From Aplysia californica (lineage: Eukaryota), in NCBI RefSeq assembly GCF_000002075.1, contig NW_004797970.1:262925-285322 (forward strand): DNA of 22,398 bases, in the 5' to 3' direction. Shown one piece after another: positions 20,128-22,398 of this stretch. The notes below the pieces were generated by a model, which was given only the letters and a program-made list of their open reading frames with translations, was not told where the DNA came from and ran no database searches. Within the stretch, counting starts at the first letter, position 1; each line of letters begins with the position of its first letter. A program made the position numbers and the translations under genes.

Positions 20128-20159
20128 GGCGGGGGTGGGTGGGGGTGGAGGGGGGGGGG
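20128..20159. repeat. G-rich tract GGCGGGGGTGGGTGGGGGTGGAGGGGGGGGG in intron 6 (candidate G-quadruplex former)
   Basis: This is a direct read: at least four G3+ runs separated by 1-2 nt loops. Confidence 0.8.
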
Positions 20160-20335
20160 TAGTTGTAGTATTTAGAGCCTGATTTACATTATTTTATTGC
20201 CATTTCCCTTTGACAGACCAAGTCAAAGCTTTTCTTTTGATTGCCTTGCTGGTATTCTTTCTGTGGTCTCCTCACACATCCAAATGGGGACAGTGTTTGT
20301 AATCACTCTACTTGTGTTACTCTGTTCTTTTTCAG

Positions 20336-20415
20336 CATATGAAGATGAGGATATGAGCATCCCGTGTGAGTTTTGTGAAATGGAGATACCTTTGACGACC
20401 TACTTAGAACATGTT
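20336..20415 (+). CDS. XAF1: XAF1-like coding exon 7 (AYEDEDMSIPCEFCEMEIPLTTYLEHV; first C-C-H part of a CCHC UBZ-type zinc finger)
   Basis: The acceptor is ctgttctttttcag| at 20335 and the donor is catgtt|gtaagt at 20416. C-x2-C-x11-H is followed in exon 8 by x3-C, the same spacing as human XAF1 CHYCNQMIPENKYFHHMGKC and NEMO [21 protein letters not shown]. Confidence 0.7.
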
Positions 20416-20834
20416 GTAAGTTATTGTGTGTCACTTATGTCGAGTTTTGTTTTTGTGTGCAAAAAGGACACTGTTGTCTTTTTTAGTTGTTGTGGAAAAG
20501 ACTGCGTACTTGTATTTGACATAATTGTCTTATGTTTGCTGTTTTTTAAAACTCTTCAGTCGCCTTTTATTTAGTTTTTTCCTTGACGTTGGTGTCAGGT
20601 TTATTTTTCTAAATAAAAATTGTACTGGCCATTTTTAAAATTTCTGTCTGTGTTTTTTGTTAATTTTGTTTAAAGCCTTGAGTCCTGACATTACAATAAA
20701 CAAAATTGTTAGCTGTTCTTTTGTTCTTATAGGGCTCCTTTGGCTCTTCATTTCCCTGGCCCCCTCCCCCTTTTTTTGTTAAAAAAAAAGCTTCTTTCAA
20801 ATACTCTAGGTTATGTTGATCTTTCCTGTCTCAG

Positions 20835-20959
20835 GAGACTTGCCCTCTTGGAGAATCAGCATCCGACAACAGGAACAATGAATCAACGAGTACGCAGCCA
20901 CACACAAGAGCATCCATTCCAGTCATAAACAACTTACGTGCGGACGAATCTGCTTACAG
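20835..20959 (+). CDS. XAF1: XAF1-like coding exon 8 (ETCPLGESASDNRNNESTSTQPHTRASIPVINNLRADESAY + ag)
   Basis: The acceptor is ctgtctcag| at 20834 and the donor is gcttacag|gtgagt at 20960. Phase 0 in; the first codons E-T-C supply the final Cys of the CCHC finger begun in exon 7 (HVETC). The frame has no stop, and the 2 extra nt (ag) plus the c of exon 9 give agc (Ser). The ORF track lists a different frame here, which I reject. Confidence 0.55.
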
Positions 20960-21332
20960 GTGAGTGGGTGTGGTCAATGGCATCCCTTTTTCTTATAAAA
21001 TCTCTCAATGGTTTTGCTTCAGGGTTTATAAGAAAGGGATGTCTTGGGGTGAAAGGCAAGGTAGGACAATTGACCCACGCAAGGGATGAAGTGGGAAGTG
21101 ATCATTTGTATAGGTGATTGTCATGGGAAGGTGGCTGTTTTGGTCAATTTGGACCCAATATTCACTTTCTTATTCAGTACCGTTAGTTTGAGATTATTAA
21201 AGCGTTGTTGTTGTTAGTTTACTTTTCACTTATACAAAAACGAGGACTGGTTTTGATTTCTGATGAGCTGTTAGTGGACCGTCCGCATTTGGAATTGTTA
21301 CTCACTTTATATTCTTCATGGTGGTTTTCTGT

Positions 21333-21447
21333 GGGTGGTTGGCAACTGCTCTAGTGTGGTTTTCTCCCCTTTCTTTTCTTTGTATGTTTCTCTAATAACA
21401 TGGGTGGTTGGCAGGTGCTTTGTTGTGGTTTGCTCCTTCTGTCCTTT
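21333..21447. repeat. Intronic tandem duplication, about 69-bp period (gggtggttggcaactgctctagtgtggttttctcccctttc / gggtggttggcaggtgctttgttgtggtttgctccttctgtcctttc)
   Basis: This is a direct read of the sequence. Confidence 0.6.
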
Positions 21448-21579
21448 CAAACATTAATCGTCCTTATCTCTCCTCCTTCTTTTTTGTGTTTGTTATTTGG
21501 TACTTAAATGACCTATTTGTTTTGCAAATGGTGTAATACTCCAACTAAAGCTCACAGTTGTCTCCTTGTTGTATTTCAG

Positions 21580-21685
21580 CGATGTGGGTGCCCCCCTCAC
21601 ACTTGATGATCTTGACGAGCAAGTGGTCCTTCCATGTGAGTTCTGTGAAGAAGTCTTTCCATCAGACATCATCTTTCAGCACCAG
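21580..21685 (+). CDS. XAF1: XAF1-like coding exon 9 (SDVGAPLTLDDLDEQVVLPCEFCEEVFPSDIIFQHQ; C-C-H part of a second CCHC finger matching the human XAF1 C-terminus CSQCGILLPLPILNQHQEKC)
   Basis: The acceptor is gtatttcag| at 21579 and the donor is caccag|gtaaac at 21686. The motif PCEFCE...QHQ is an internal duplicate of the exon 7 motif. The terminal xxC must be in a further exon, which I could not find before the SINE at 22111, so the gene is 3'-partial in this window. Confidence 0.7.
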
Positions 21686-22110
21686 GTAAACAATCTTTTC
21701 TTCTGTTTGTAGAAAAAAATGTTTTTTTAAAAATCAGATGTTTCAGATTTTTCTTTTACTATGTCTACATCTATAGTACTTATTGATAATAAATGCATTT
21801 ACAGGGGGATAAAAATAAAAGTCAATTAAAAAAAATAAATATCTCACACAAAATTTGTACTAGAATGTTGTAATTTGGAACACAGATATAATTCATTCAA
21901 AAGAAATTTATTTGACTTAAAGTTCACAAAGAAGAAACTTGTTTTTGAAAATGGAAATGACTTTTATAAAAATCGCTTATAAATGCAAAATGCGCCAATT
22001 TAAAAGATCTTGTAAAGAAAGAAAGTCACGTAATGATTGGTTTATTTTTTTCCTTTCCTGTCCTTTTTAAAATCTAATCTTTCCATACTTGTAACCTTTA
22101 AACAATATTA

Positions 22111-22398
22111 GGGGCTCTCGTGGCCTAGAGGTTAAGGTGTTGGCCTCTCATTCAAAGGTCCCGGGTTCGAATCCGGGTAGTGACCGAAAAATTTTCTTCT
22201 CTAAAATTGTCTCCTTTCACCTCCTTTCGTGCTCTCTAGCAATGTTCTGTTGTCTGCTTTCATTTCCACTTTCTGCCCCCATCCCCTCACCTCCTTTGCC
22301 CCCTTCTCTGGGCTCCTGACTCTTTCTGCAGTCTTTCTACTGCTACTCCTTGGCTCCTCCTTACTGCTGTCTTTCTGCCACACCCCTGATCTTCTGGT
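22111..22398 (+). mobile_element. tRNA-derived SINE, copy 2 (same family and orientation as 18316; truncated by the window end)
   Basis: The strings ggggctctcgtggcctagaggttaaggtgttggcctctcattcaaaggtcccgggttcgaatccgggtag and aaaattgtctcctttcacctcc... are collinear with copy 1 through cacacccctgatcttctggt at the window end. Confidence 0.8.

Noticed and set aside
20740-20928. ORF-track entry 20740-20928 (+), 62 aa
   Set aside because: It is in the wrong frame relative to the spliced gene. The frame-0 exon 20835-20959 completes the CCHC finger (HVETC) and keeps phase with exons 7 and 9.
1-22398. Prokaryotic-style novel system (defence island, operon, CRISPR)
   Set aside because: The sequence has eukaryotic hallmarks throughout: GT-AG introns with polypyrimidine tracts, SINEs and LINEs, microsatellites, and no dense co-oriented ORFs or Shine-Dalgarno spacing. 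Nothing supports a prokaryotic interpretation.

Overview
This window is eukaryotic (most likely invertebrate metazoan) genomic DNA, not a prokaryotic locus. It has GT-AG spliceosomal introns, tRNA-derived SINEs, non-LTR (LINE) retrotransposon fragments, microsatellites and long homopolymer tracts. I see no operon structure, no CRISPR array and no prokaryotic-style defence system.

The one protein-coding gene I can support is a multi-exon gene on the + strand, with 9 exons recognised from 9208 to 21685 and the 3' end apparently beyond the window. Its product is clearly homologous to XAF1 (XIAP-associated factor 1) and TRAFD1. The N-terminal part has TRAF-type zinc fingers. Two C-terminal CCHC fingers have the C-x2-C-x11-H-x3-C spacing of the XAF1, NEMO and optineurin ubiquitin-binding fingers, and each is split by an intron just before the last Cys. 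Between the two zinc-finger regions is a low-complexity linker and a short acidic helix, DMDYDTMLALQLAHEDWQE, that resembles a UIM or MIU ubiquitin-binding motif.

The introns carry transposable-element debris:
- A 5'-truncated RNase H-containing LINE on the + strand (about 15470-16850), with an internal 260-bp tandem duplication.
- A SINE family (copies at 18316 and 22111) whose 3' tail matches the 3' tail of that LINE, which suggests a LINE/SINE partner pair.
- An unrelated tRNA-derived SINE at 12884.
- An antisense LINE ORF2 C-terminal remnant at 13650-14070.
- A 40-bp inverted repeat bracketing 15364-17701.

The first 8 kb is intergenic and dominated by palindromic (TCTAGA)n microsatellites. 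It contains a roughly 630-bp foldback or MITE-like element with 100-bp inverted arms (886-1518), with a solo arm at 5657-5705. It also contains several small palindromic elements and G/C homopolymer tracts up to 21 nt.

All coordinates and splice junctions were derived by hand from the sequence. Homology statements rest on my recollection of the XAF1, NEMO and LINE zf-RVT/RNase H motifs, not on a database search.
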